Of a stretch of DNA of 64,000 nucleotides, positions 48,771 through 61,494 are shown piece after piece. This stretch comes from Eutreptiella sp. 'Long Island Sound 2002' (taxonomy: Eukaryota > Protista > Euglenida), in assembly GCA_964036045.1 (NCBI GenBank), contig OZ038378.1:184388001-184452000 (forward strand). Direction: 5' to 3'. Each line of letters begins with the position of its first letter. The first letter of the stretch is position 1. Both the position numbers and the translations under genes were made by a program. The notes under the pieces are model-generated. The model made no database searches. It was not told the origin of the DNA and saw only the letters and a program-made list of their open reading frames with translations.

Positions 48771-51700
48771 ATGAGGTGAAGCGTCCTAGTTCCGCACCTT
48801 CGATTGCCTTGTGTGTCACGGCGGACGAAAAAGAAATGGTGGTGAACTGGTCTACCAAGAAAAACAACAACAAGCAATCTCATCATAAGACGGATGAAGA
48901 GGAGCAGGGAACATGGCTGAGGCCTCCCACCTGTGCCACCTCCACACCAACCCCACCCCCAAAAACAAGTGTTCTAGCTCCGTTTCCTCCTCTTCCTCTT
49001 CCTCCTCATCCTCCTCATTGTCGTCATCATCGTCCGAGACATCTTTTGGGGCAGAGCGCTCTCGCCCATTGCAGAGTGTAGGGAAGCAGGTGTTTAGTTG
49101 GTAGCCAAAGAAGAGGCAGGCAACCACCCCATACAATTGTGATAGCTCATCCAGCGAGGGTGAGTTATTTAAGTAAGGACTTTTTCCAGTGCCCTTCTTT
49201 GCCGGTAGCCTCACCCCTCCCTCCCCTTGCGTAGAAAGTGTTCCAAGTAGCCACTCTTGGTCTTAGGCCCTTCTCTAGAAAGTGTTCCAAGGAGCCACTC
49301 TTGGTCTTAGGCTCTTCCCTTGTGTATCTCTAATCCCATGCCCGCTTTAGGAGCCCACCCCCCTTCGGTTCCCAGTGTGGTTGGGAATACCCAAGCCGGT
49401 GATACCCTACCCTCTGTTATGGCAAGCGGCGGTGCGAACCGTCGGATACGGCAGCATACCCAATTGTTCGGAGGTCCCCCCCCCCCCCACCTGGACAAAA
49501 GCCCCTCCCAGACCCCCCTCCCATCGCCCCTCCCAGAACCCTCCCTAGGGGCCCTACAGCCAACGGTTAGGGGGGGGGGGGGGGGGCAGCTGGCGTCTAA
49601 ACCCGATAAGCCCCCCCCCCCCTAGGATTGGGGGAAGATTGGCGGATGCTGTTGGTAAATTTTTCTGATGGTTCATATGGACCAAGAATTTGAATAGTTT
49701 TATTTTGGTGATTGAATTTCATCAACATTCCATCTATTACAAAGAATTCCTTATCTCCGTAAAATCTCTCATGATCTTCACGTGGGTGCGTGTTTCTTCG
49801 GTGATTGGTGTCGCTTTTTTGTTTTGAGAAATTCTCTTGAACGGGTGAGGTTAGTAATGAGGTTGAGGCATGAATCCGCAGGTTAGAACCTCTACTTTCG
49901 ATCCATGCACTCACAAGAATTTTTCACCGTTGCGCCTGTAAGAAAATCGGCACGCTTGATATTTTTGCCCTTGTACAGACTTGTGGTTCATAGGGACCAC
50001 GATTTCGTTTTGCAAAGAAGATGTCCCCCCTTGCTCCCAATTGATGCCTCTCAATTTATCCCACCACGCCCTTCGCTGGACTCCAATTTACCAGCATCTA
50101 AGTGAAGTTGCTTACGGTTTTTGTTGCATTCATGATGTTGCTATTTGGAGCTAGGTGAAAGGTTGTTGTGTTAATATGCAAGTGCATGTTAACTTGTGGC
50201 ATCCTTGTATCGGGATCATTATTTGTTTTGCTTGCTTTGTGGGTTTGCATTTTGAACCAACATTGTGGAATTTTAGAGGTTGTCAATGGATCAACAAAGC
50301 ATCTTGGCCTTGGGATTGATTTCAATTTTATGGATGCTCTCACTCGATCAACAAAGCATCTTAATTTAATTCAATACAGTGCAAGCCAACCGAAAATTTA
50401 ATTGATGGATTCCAATTTCAAATGCGCATTGAAGCCGTAGTGGTTGATTTGGAGCCTATTTGAAGGGATAAAATGTATTGCTTCTTTGAACATTGATGAA
50501 ATTATAAGTGAAGCCCATTGGGGCTCCGTTGGTGTGATGAAAGTTGATGCCCCCCCTTCAAGCATCCATACTGTAAGAATAAGGGCTAGCAAGCCTCACA
50601 GCATCAGTCAGCCAAAGCCCCCCCCCCCCCCCCCCCGCCGCCGCCCCCCAGCCACAACGGTTTAAATGCCTGTTCGGCATGCCGGACCATGCATTCAAAT
50701 GCTTATGTGTTTCCAACTGCCCTTGTTCACCGAAATGACTCCATACCCCGCTCCCCCCGCAGGGGGTGGTTTTAGGAATTGGGCAGATCCTACCGAGTCA
50801 AAACTGTGGAATTTCTGGACAGGCCCTTGCAGAAGATTTATTTCAAGAGTAAAAGCATAATTTCCTACGCATTTTCAATGGGGTGATTCCACATTTGATA
50901 TCATTTTGCAACCAGAAATTTTGATTACATCCATTTCTGGAAGTCCTGCCAATTGACCGTTCATTTGAACGTCCTGAAGGTGTCTCTGAACATCTACAGT
51001 GCAGCCAAGGTGAATCTCTGGCGAATCCTTGCTTTAATTTGTTGTTGGAAGGTGGTAAACTTGATTTCATAAAATGATTTCTGAACTCACAGCCATATCT
51101 TCAATGCTTGACCACCTCAAACAAACATACCATGATCCACAATAACTGGGAGGCTCAGTCGCTCCACACCAAAACCCTGCAGCATATCTCTTACTGCAGG
51201 TTCAGTCCATGGTCTTGGTGCTCCGCTCCCTTACCTCCCTCACTTCCCTCTTCTTGCTCACTTGAGGGAATATGATACAACTTGCTTCCATCATAATATA
51301 GTGCCATGTGTCATCTGCATTCCTTGTATTTGCAATCAATCTTCTTGGATTTGGAATTGGTTTTCATACCTCCAAGTTTGTGAAAGCGGGCTATCTTTGC
51401 CTTGAAAGGGAAGGTGAGGGAGACACACGAACACAATAACACAATGCAACGTGTGTATGATGCGCTACAGCGAAGTCCAAAACGTCATTACAACGAATGC
51501 ATTGTGTGAAATCACATGTAAGGAGGGGGATTACCTGTCTTGGTGTCCACCTGCACAGTGAGAAAGAGAATGAACGACGATTCCAACCAACATGGCCTAC
51601 ACGAGTGCATACACGACGGTAGCATGCCATATTTCTCGGGGCTATTTTTCACCTCCTTGTTGGAGCTGTGTGGAAACAACACAGGGGGGGAGGGGGGGGA

Positions 51701-52039
51701 TTTTTCACCTCCGTGTTGGCCGGTTGTGCTAACATGCCTTTTGCCCATTTGATGGTACTTGACGGTTTCCTAATGGCAGTTGAAGGTTACTTAACGGCAT
51801 TTGATGGTGATTGACGGTTTCCTGACAGTAGTTACAGATGATCCCACGGCACGCGATGGCAATTGACTGTTTCCTGACGGCAGTTGAAGGCCGCTTCACA
51901 GCATTTGATGGGAGTTGACGGTTTCTTGATGGCAGTTGAAGGCTACTTAATGGCATTTGATGGCAATTGACACTTTCGTTGCGGCAGGTGACGTTTGTCT
52001 GATTGATGCCGGCACCCTGCTCCAATTGTTTGCCTCCAG

Positions 52040-52058
52040 ATCTTCTCTTTTGCCTCAG
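52040..52058 (+). promoter_or_regulatory. Pyrimidine tract plus AG acceptor 2 nt before the kinase start codon
   Basis: ATCTTCTCTTTTGCCTCAG|CA ATG. Confidence 0.5.
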
Positions 52059-52060
52059 CA

Positions 52061-54274
52061 ATGCCGCATGAACCTGGGCCAACCCCACTCACACCTCCCG
52101 GGGTCACCTTCTCGGAGGCATATAAGCCCCTTTGGCATTGCTTTGGCTTCCAGTCGGATGAGCATGAGGCGCAGTATTGCCAAGCGAATCACCAACTATG
52201 GCGTTCCGGTGGCGCGCTCTGGTGTATCTTTCACATTATTATTGCGTTGCCTGGGCTTTTCCGAGGTCACAACAGTCACCTTACACACGTCCCCAGTGTT
52301 GGGGTGGCCCTGCTGACCCTCGTCTTGCTCTTTGTGCCCGGCTTGAAGCGTCACCCAAGGACAATTTGTAGCCTTGCTGCGGTGCTGCTGGCCGCGTGTC
52401 AGGGGTGGATCGTGCATAGCCATGCCTCTGTTGCAGAGGCTGATCTTGAGCGACACAGGCTGTGGTTGGTCCTGGACAAGCTCTCTGGCGATACAGCTGC
52501 AATGCATCAATTGGATGCATATGTCCAAGAAACCACCGGAACCCATGTTCTGGATGTCCAGCTGATGGTCTGTTTCTCACAGTGCCTGATGCTATTCATC
52601 GTGGGCTTTTGCCCCTCTGCCGTGTTGGGCTATCTACTCTTGCCTATCGGCATTTGCATTGTGCCGCTTCTCAGTCCAATCATTCCAGTACAATCCGTCC
52701 TTATCCGATTGGGCGTTTCTACATTGGTGGTATTGTTGATGCTGGTGGGTACTGGCAAAGTCACGTTGAGGCGGCGGAGCTTCTTTCTGCTGTTGCGCCA
52801 CTTTGAGGCATCTCTGCACAAAGCAGTGGTCGCCTCACAAAAGGCGGATAAGGCTCTGAGCCTCACACTCAAGACCGCCATGGCAGACGTGTGCGGTGAA
52901 ATAGAGCTGTTCCTGACGAACAACGACTGCTGCACCACCGACCAACGCGATGCTCTCACCCACGCCAACGCCCTGCTCAACACCGGCATGCGACGCAGCC
53001 GATACCGGGAGGCGTACGCCCACGTGGCCGCGGGGGACTACGCCGCCTCGCTCCTCCCCTGCAACGTGACCGCGTTCGTCGCCGAGCTGGCGAGAGGGTG
53101 CAGGATCGAAGTGCAGTGCCTGACCGACGGCCTCGTCGTCAACTTGGACGAGACGATCTGCGGCCTCATTCTGGACCACGCCATCGACAACGCGTTCCTG
53201 CACGGCTACCCCAAGGCCCCGGGGATCCTTCTGACGGTCCTCGGCGGCCCGCAGGCCAACCAGCCCGAGGGCAAGCTCACCTTCCGCGTGACCAACCGCG
53301 CCAATCCCGCGCTGCCCGTCCTCACCGACGAGTACATTCGGTCCGTCGTCGCGGAGGACCCGCACGGGCCGTGGGCCTCAGCCATGCCCGACAAGGCCGG
53401 CCTCAGGCAGTCGTTCCTGGCCGCCGAAGCCATCGGCGCGCAGCTCTCCCTGCGGCAGACCGGGGACCACGTGGCCTGCGTCCTGGAGCTGTGGGTGACC
53501 CGAGGGAAGATGCCCGCGGTAGTGCAAGACCGTCAGCGCCGTGCGGATCTGGCCGCGTTTCCGAGCGACCTCATGATTTGCTGCATCGATGACTCTGCCA
53601 CCGCCCGGAAGCTGGTGCAGCACCATTTGGTCGAGAGCGCGCAAACAACAGGAGTTCATGTGTACGGGGGCCATCGCGCAGCAGCGGCGGAGTTCATGGA
53701 GACCGCCACGTCCCGAGGGGATATCGTCGTTCTGGACCAGCATCTCAAGTACAGCGGTGGCCCGGACCTCCTCGGCACCGACCTCGTGGGGCAGCTCAAG
53801 GACCGCGGCTTCCAAGGGCTGATTTGCATGCGCTCCGCAACCAACTCGAAGGAGGACGAGGCCCTGTACCGGCGGTCTGGCTGCCACTGTGTGTTCGGGA
53901 AGGAGGTGCCCATGGCGGACGTGGTCGAGGACATGAAGGTCGCGTACGTGCGACTGCTCTGTCGAGAGCGGGACGCCCCTCTTCCCCTCCGCAACGTGCC
54001 CGGCGATGTGGAGGACCCTGAGCTCGAGCAGCAGGACACCCAGTCGCCTGCCATCCCCCGCGCTGGGGCGTCCGCTTCTACCCTCCACAACCCACTCGAT
54101 GTGGAAGACCCCGCGGGGTATGGCACATCGTCGAGTAGATTGTCCACCGCGCGACGGCCAGAGTGCGAGCGGCAGGAGGTGCCTGATCGTCAGCATCTTC
54201 GGGCATCCCGCTCCTCTTCCGTACGGACGAGAAGTTGGGATGGCGTGGTGCACCTGGGCTATGTCAATGGGTGA
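52061..54274 (+). CDS. Multi-pass membrane hybrid histidine kinase-like/receiver protein (737 aa); kinase core degenerate
   Basis: N-terminal TM segments, H-box-like ALSLTLKTAM, N-box-like ILDHAIDNAFLHG and G2-like DKAGL. Receiver motifs CCIDDS, VVLDQHL, MRSA and VFGKE. Confidence 0.88.
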   Translation: MPHEPGPTPLTPPGVTFSEAYKPLWHCFGFQSDEHEAQYCQANHQLWRSGGALWCIFHIIIALPGLFRGHNSHLTHVPSVGVALLTLVLLFVPGLKRHPRTICSLAAVLLAACQGWIVHSHASVAEADLERHRLWLVLDKLSGDTAAMHQLDAYVQETTGTHVLDVQLMVCFSQCLMLFIVGFCPSAVLGYLLLPIGICIVPLLSPIIPVQSVLIRLGVSTLVVLLMLVGTGKVTLRRRSFFLLLRHFEASLHKAVVASQKADKALSLTLKTAMADVCGEIELFLTNNDCCTTDQRDALTHANALLNTGMRRSRYREAYAHVAAGDYAASLLPCNVTAFVAELARGCRIEVQCLTDGLVVNLDETICGLILDHAIDNAFLHGYPKAPGILLTVLGGPQANQPEGKLTFRVTNRANPALPVLTDEYIRSVVAEDPHGPWASAMPDKAGLRQSFLAAEAIGAQLSLRQTGDHVACVLELWVTRGKMPAVVQDRQRRADLAAFPSDLMICCIDDSATARKLVQHHLVESAQTTGVHVYGGHRAAAAEFMETATSRGDIVVLDQHLKYSGGPDLLGTDLVGQLKDRGFQGLICMRSATNSKEDEALYRRSGCHCVFGKEVPMADVVEDMKVAYVRLLCRERDAPLPLRNVPGDVEDPELEQQDTQSPAIPRAGASASTLHNPLDVEDPAGYGTSSSRLSTARRPECERQEVPDRQHLRASRSSSVRTRSWDGVVHLGYVNG

Positions 54275-54299
54275 TGGCCCTATTTTTGCTATCAGGCCC

Positions 54300-54379
54300 C
54301 GGACTGACCGGGGCACGCGCCGGAGTAACCGGGGCACGCCCCGGACCGACCGGGGCACGTCCCGGAGTAACCGGGGCAC
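54300..54379. repeat. 21-bp tandem repeat x4 (ACCGGGGCACG core) in the 3' flank of the kinase gene
   Basis: Direct reading. Confidence 0.85.
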
Positions 54380-55536
54380 GTTTGCTGAAGGCTGTGTGTG
54401 TTCCTACTCTTCCAGGTGGCGACACCGTCTGCCATCACGGGGTGGGCAGGTGGTGCTTCCCTCTGACTCCGGGAAAGATGCGGAGGCTGCTGTTGAGTGG
54501 ATGGGTTTCTGGGCTGAGTAGATTGAGACACTTGTTCTGGCTGTGGGTGATCGTCTTTTGTCAATATTCGAAGGTTTGCAGTATACCGAGCTCTACCATC
54601 CCCCGATCACAGAGCACATGGGGCTGTGGGGGTGGGTGGGGCAGCCAAACCCACCCCACCCCCGCCGCCCCCAGCCACTCACTTGCGATGCTTGTGATGT
54701 ACGTTTCGAGAGGTCTCGGTGTGCATATTTGCTTCGAATGTGTTTCGCAGCCCCTCAGTCACTCTGCACAGCGCTGCTCTGTGCTGCGCGTGTCAGCTCA
54801 GTCGCTCTACACGGCAATACAGTGCGTGGGTGAGGGGATGTTGTGTTGTCCTGGAAGCCGCGCGCCCGTTTGTGTGGGCCGCTCCACAAGTCAAAGCAAA
54901 ACGGGTCAAACACCAGTGTGAATCAAGGCATGGGACAGATGGCGGGGGTGCCAAAGCCGGCCCAGTCTGAGGTATACTACGCACGCTTACTGAAGAGGTG
55001 CGGCAGAGGGACAAGAGCTAAAAGATCAGAGGGTGCTCATCACCACATGCGATGTAGGAAATGCAACACAGGGGCCAGGGGGTTCCGGATCACACAGCGT
55101 TACCCGTCGGGGGTGCGCAGCATTTCGGGGCATTTTGCTATTGTTTTTGTGGTTTTTGCTGTTTTCCCATTTGTACAGTGTGCAAACACAAACAGAATGT
55201 AGGCAAGGGCAGCTTTTACCGTTGCTCTTCGACCTACACAAGGCATTTTCAGTCATACGGAAAGATCTCAGTGCCCAGCTTGAAGAGCTACATGCTCATC
55301 ACATCCAACATTGGACTTCCTGGCATCAGATTTACCTCATCTTCACTACGTGTTACGTCCGCTACTGCACTGTGGGGCAATCGTAGCATGGGGAAGCTCT
55401 GATCCTTTACTCCAAGAGTTTTCTTCTAGCGGCAGCTCCTCGTGTATGATTTTGAGATCCCTGTGATCCGTGTGTGGAGATGATCTGTCTGGCTTTTGTC
55501 ATCGTCTTTTGCGGTGTGCACACATTTGTAAATGTA

Positions 55537-56354
55537 CCCCCCCCCCCTGTAATAGCCACGCCCTTGTCCAAGCTACAGTAGGCGTAGGGACCGTGTCAAT
55601 TTGGTACCTAATTTTAATTCGGTACCAAATGTAGTGCAGCCACATAAGACATGGGTTTGGGTCTGACCCTCATTTTTCTGGGGTTTTCTGACCACAGTTT
55701 TCATGGTCAGAGACTTAGTGGAACGTGATTGTGTGCCGATTGTAGAGGGAAAGAGGGGCTGTGTCATGTTTGTGATGAGTCCTCCTGCTCATAACACGCC
55801 TGTGCACTGTAGGCACCCAGTGAACGCTGTACGCTGCTGGATGTGCTGTGTGGTGCTGGGTCTTGTAGTAGTGGCAGTGGTCAGCCTGGTGATGTGCTTT
55901 GGCACACTCGCACACATGTGCACTGCAGGCACCCAGTGAACGCCGTACGCTGCTGGGATGTGATGTGTGGTGCGGGGTCTTTGCTTCCCCAATGAGATGA
56001 AGTTGTCGGAGCTTGAGGATTTGAACTATTTTGGTAATTCTGATTCTGATTGAAGTTCTGACTCTGGTTCTCATTTAGGGACGGACACCGATGAGGATGG
56101 TTGTAGGCTTCTCATGCCTCATTGCTTGTAGGAACATGGGTGTGAACCTGAAGTTTCATGTTTCAAACACTTTCTTGCGTTTACAAGCCTTTGGGAACGT
56201 GGGCGGCGGTTAAGGTGCACTCATACCATGCACTCACTCATGTGTGTGTCGGTAGTTGTATGTGTTGCGCGCAAGCCACGCCCTAGTCTAAGCTACAGTA
56301 GGCGTAGGGACCGTATTAATTCCGTACTTTTGCGTAGCTATTACAAGGGGGGGG
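55537..56354. mobile_element. Family A TIR element (818 bp) with extra internal sequence
   Basis: TIR C-run TGTAATAGCCACGC versus reverse-complemented C-run TTGTAATAGCTACGC; TA on both flanks. Confidence 0.85.
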
Positions 56355-56725
56355 TAATAAAATGGTGGGTGGTTCTGGAGGAGCGACAGTGTCTCTAGGG
56401 CTGCCTGCCAAGGTTAATGGGGCCTTTGCTGAAGTGGTGTGCGAAAACTTGTTTGTCTACAAGTCCAATGTGGGCGACCATGTAATTGTAGGGGACCCGT
56501 TCTGCAAAGCTTACGGCCTGACGATGGATCCAGTGGAGGGTTGTTTGGTGGATGCTTTGCAGGTGTCCAGAATGTTGAGAGCGGTGCCAGAGGGCAGCGG
56601 CCCCCCTGAGCACGTTGTCCTTTGTGCTATTGTGCAAGCCGTGTCCGCTTGTTTCTGTTCTTTTGAGGACAGGGAAATGATGGGGCGTTTCGGTGCTGAT
56701 GAGTGTTCATGCGTGGTATGCGCAA

Positions 56726-57470
56726 CCCCCCCCCCCCTACAGGAATCCCGTATTTCCCGTACAGCCCCGAACACTGGCCCGTACAGTGGGTTCTCAGAGC
56801 CATAGCACAGAAATAGGCAATATTAGGCACCCATATGTCTCTTTTTCCTGCCCTCCCCTATGCTCTTGACCAGACTATGCCTTGTAATGTATGCCCCTCC
56901 AAGAATGCTGAAACTGTTGTTTTTTTGTCTTTGGCCGAGTCGGATCGTTGTACCCTTCGACAGAAGCATTCTGATTGTGCTGAAGATTGGGTTATTTGTG
57001 AACTTTTTTGTTGTTTGTGATTGTGTCCAATGCATGTCATGTGCAGTTGTAATGCTGAAAAAGTGCCAGAAAAAGTGCCAGAAAAAGCACCAGAAATAGC
57101 GCCAGAAGCGCCAGAAAAAGCGCCAGAAAAGTACCCAGCTTTTTTTTTGGTTGTTTGTGATTGTGTGCAATGCATGTCATGTGCACTTGTAATGCTGAAA
57201 AAGCGCCAGAAAAAGCACCAGAAGCGCCTGAAAAAGCGCCAGCAAAGGTGCCTGAAGCGAGTGTTGAACCCAGGACTCCTCAGCTGTGAACACATGCATG
57301 TACCAACTCGGGTATGACATGTCTCTGCTGACATATGGCTTATTGGTGGTATAGATTCTGAACATATTTTGGTGATTGGTGTCACCAGGCAATGCCCTGC
57401 TGAGGGTTTTTTACCAAAAAAGGTCCGCCCCACACAGTGGCCCGTACAGTGGAAAATTTTTGCCCCAAAC
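56726..57470. mobile_element. Family C deletion derivative with a duplicated 3' block and 12-bp AAAAAGCGCCAG repeats
   Basis: Colinear with 43028-44045 but lacks about 43310-43705. Confidence 0.75.
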
Positions 57471-58476
57471 AGGGGGTGGGTGATAATGCGTCAGTCCCAG
57501 ATCCCCACTTTGTCCCACACAGCTATTCTCGGCGGGGTGAAGGGTCCCAGTAAAGTCCAACATAAGGATTGGAGTACTGCGTTTTTGGCTTGTTTCTGGT
57601 CCCATAATGTGCCTCAAGGGTTTTGGGGGGTTTGTGGGGGGCAGGGCTGTATTAGAAGGGCTGACAACCATCGGAGGAGGGGGGTCCCCTCCCCCCTCCT
57701 CCCCTCTTATAGTAGCTCCCAATGATGATTTCTTTGTCTTTCCGACTGCTTGAATGTCCCATGATACCGGATTTTTTAACACTCCTCTGTCTCCGCTCTC
57801 TCCAGTTCCAGGAGACACATGCACTTTCTTTTGCATACTGTTTTACATCTGCTGTAGTCTGACTGGGGGAAATTTCTGTGCCTGATGCATCCTCAGGGGA
57901 ACCGGAAGCACGCGTGGACGCCAACCATACTGCTGGGCAGGACTGAGCCCCCGGGGTGTGCGAAATGGTTTTGTCCTCGTTGGCCCTGCCCCGCACTCAC
58001 CTTGTCCCAGCCTTTACTTATGTCATAGTGGCCTCTTTGGCTGCTGGTTTCAGATTCAGCTAACCCTCACTACGTGTCGGATCCGCTACCACGGCCATTG
58101 TGGGATCATCGTAGCACTGGACAACTCTGAACTTTGATCCCGAGAGGTTATCTCGAGTACTGTGAAGTGAGCAGGCTACGCCAGCTCATCTTAGTCTGAA
58201 CCAAAAAAAAGAAGCGGCCTCTTTGGCTGCTGCATGTAATTTTACTTCCCACTGTTCTGCATTCCCTCTTCCTCTTCAAGTTTTTACTCGAAGTCTCGAT
58301 GACAGAATAGAATCTTGTTCAGATGGATTGATTGGTATACTCTGCAGGCACAGACTCAGGTTTGCCCTCTGGGACACAGGATATATCGAATGACTGTACT
58401 GCGCCCTGCAGCACTGATGCAGAGACCGGTTTGTGAACCCGAGAGCCTCATCGCTACTCAGCGCGGGCCTGTTGTA

Positions 58477-58878
58477 CCCCCCCCCCCCGTTGTATAAGCT
58501 ACGCCCTTGTCCAAGCTACAGTAGGCGTAGGGGCCGTATTAATTTGGGACCTAATTTTAATTCAGTACCAAACGTAGTGCAGCCACATGAGACATGGGTT
58601 TGGTGACGAGTTTGCAAGTCACATAGAGTCATGGACACATTTGTTGTGAGTGTTTGCCCACTTGAACCCACATAGCTGTGATTTTGGGTATATTTGTGCA
58701 TTACCTCCCCCTTTCTGGCACCAGCTCACCACGCAATCCTCTTTTTTTGAACCTGGGCGCCCGGTGTCGGTAGTTGTCCGTGTCGTGCGCAAGCTACGCC
58801 CGTGTCCAAGCTACAGTAGGCGTAGGGACCGTATTAATTTGGGACTTTGGCATAGCTTATACAAAGGGGGGGGGGTTG
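58477..58878. mobile_element. Family A minimal MITE (about 400 bp)
   Basis: TIR C-run GTTGTATAAGCTACGCC versus reverse-complemented C-run TTTGTATAAGCTATGCC. A 40-45-bp direct repeat lies inside both ends, and flanks are TA-containing (TTGTA on both sides). Confidence 0.9.
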
Positions 58879-59372
58879 TACTTCAACAAGTTGTGACTTG
58901 ATTGGCATTCATTTTAGGTGTTCTTAATCGAAGGTTTTCCATTTGCACACGATCCGCTTGTTGTCAATGCTTCCGATTTCGATGCCGCATGAGATGAGGT
59001 GGTGGAGGCCGGGGGGTAGCCCATCACCAACATCACTCCAGTGGTTGACCAGCAAATCTGGGACATCAAATACAAACCCCTCTGTTGTATTGCCCGGGGG
59101 GCCGTGGGATTTAGAATTTTTCAGAGAGAGCTTTGCTGACAACAAAGTTGGTGTCGGGCGTTTTGGGGCACTTGCCCCGTTGATGCAACAGCTGCCCAAT
59201 GTGAAGCTTTCCCAGGCGAGGGGAACCACCCGAACCAGATGAAGGCATGTCATACCTCGTACCATGAGGCGGAACAAACGTTGAGAAGGGTACGATGAAC
59301 GCAAATTAGGCGAAGCAGGAAAATTGCCAGAAGGAATAGGGAACTTCATGCACCTTCGCATTGTTGATGTTC

Positions 59373-59541
59373 TGACTACCCCAAGTGGCTACCCCAAGTG
59401 ACTACCCCAAGTGGCTACCCCAAGTGACTACCCCAAGTGTTTGCCCCATGTGGCTACCCCATGTGGCTACCCCAAGTGGCTACCCCAATTGACAACCCCA
59501 AGTGGCTACCCCACGTGACTACCCCAAGTGGCTGCCCCAAA
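59373..59541. repeat. 13-bp minisatellite (TG[G/A]CTACCCCAAG), about 13 copies
   Basis: Direct reading. Confidence 0.92.
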
Positions 59542-61494
59542 TGAGTTGTCATGTTGGCTCACAATTGTGTGGGGCCATAGTGCAGCACCCCACAAGCAAG
59601 TGAATGATTCCTCGTCCGTGTGGGTGTGTTGTGTTTTGATAGCACTTCAAGTGGATGGTGGGACTGTTTGTATGAATTTCTTTTACTTGCTGTACCATAA
59701 GCAGGCAAAGGGAACTGTTCAACCCAGTGAAACATGTGCGGCGCAAGTGCGGTTGGTGCTGTGCGGAGCACCATGCTCCAGCCCCACCACCTCAGACCAA
59801 TCCACCTCAATGTCCTGCCAAGTGGCTCCCTGGTGATTCGGCCGTACCAATGTCAGGCAGGTTCACACACTATGCATGCAATGCAAAGATTGACAAGTGG
59901 ACCACGTGTAAGGGTGGTAAAAGGCTCAAGAACCGCCCTGAAAGCCTGGCGAAGGCTTGTTCATGTGCGGTATTTTCCTTCACAATTTTCTCAATTGTGA
60001 TGGGAAAAGGAGGCCATCATGTATGTTGCATGGCACACTGCGCCTTGAACACCCAGCAATACATGATACGCAGCGATCGGATAATGGTGTCCCATTGGTC
60101 ACAGCCCTGTAATCAGGGTCCGGTTGCCTTTGTATGTGCATTTGTTGCTGTGGAACAGCACATTCACTCCCGTATCATGCAGAGGCCCTACTTGCCCATG
60201 CCGCCTGGATGCAATGATTCCTCTGTCCCTGCTGCGTCCGTTTCAGCCTGGTTTGGTTCACTACGCCTCAGGAAACCCCAACCCAACCCGACAGCAAAAA
60301 ACCTGTGGGAACAGGTCCACTTTTCTCCAAAGCAAAGTGACTCTGACCCAGACACACCCTCCCCAAAACCGGCGCCCACCCCGCTGGTTACACGCCGGAT
60401 AAACAAGCTGCTGCCCAACCCCCTACCTCCAAGAATCGGTCCAGAGCCGTCCACTACCTCACACAGCATCCTGGTACACCCTACACAGCAGATCTAAAGG
60501 CTTTTGCATCCTCGCACTATGCCCGTTCCCAGGTATGTTTCACTCTACGCTGGCCACTCCCCCACCCTGCAGTAGAGTTCCAGTCTACTGCGCTCACGGA
60601 TTACAAACTGTTTGCCCAAACCCTCCTCGTGTTCCTCTTCCTCTTCGGCTTGCTCGGGACTTGGACCTGAGTCTTCAAGGCTGCAGCCGGCTGCACAGCC
60701 GCTGCAGCACGCCGCCGAAAACCACCTTTGCGGCCACCGATCTATAGGAAGCCACCATCTATGTGTGCACCTACGTTGATTCACTCAGAGCAAGCAAAGG
60801 CTGGGCCACCGGCCCCTTTCACCGCACCTGTGAGTCTGCCGAAGTCGCCTTACTCAGAACACGCAAAGGCTGGGCCATCGGCCCCCTTCCACCACACCTG
60901 TGAGCCTGTTTGCCTTTTCACTGCCTTTCCTCCCCCCCCCTCAGAGCCCCAGTAGCCCCGCGTAGAGACAGATGCCCCTGTCCCATGCACAGGGCGTGCG
61001 CCACGGATGGTAGGCCACAACAGAGCCGGCTCCCATGGGAGCGCCACAGTGGACCCGCGCACTCTGTACTTCTCTCCCGTGTACAATAGCATGCAGCGGG
61101 GTGTAAACACCTGCGAAAAAACAGCCAAATACCGAGGAACTCTGAACTTGTTGAGGCAATGATCCCAGCTTTGAGGGGCTGCGGGGAGTCATGGAAAACC
61201 TCGTGATATGGCCAAACCCTCATGCAACACCGGCGATGGGACATGGAGCTCGGGAGTCGCTTCCTCCGGTATGCTCAGCACAGAGAAGCCTCTCTCCTGC
61301 AGCACTTTTACCGATTCAAGTTCTGATTCTGATTCTGGTTCTGGGAAGGATACCGATGAGGATGATTGCATTGAAGAGTCCTCTTCTTCGGGTGATGATT
61401 CTAGTGACTCCGATGATGCTCCCACTGAAGTTGTTTGGGCTAAGGCCGCCCGAGGTGTGTGGGAAATGGCCCATGTCTTTGATGGGAAGTTGTA

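Noticed and set aside
49630-51380. AT-rich segment, possibly a decayed LINE on the minus strand (AGYGV-FGE near 50720-50750)
   Set aside because: There is only one short frameshifted motif, which is not enough to call.
58924-60497. 145-aa minus ORF and 256-aa plus ORF
   Set aside because: No motifs and no codon bias comparable to the real genes.
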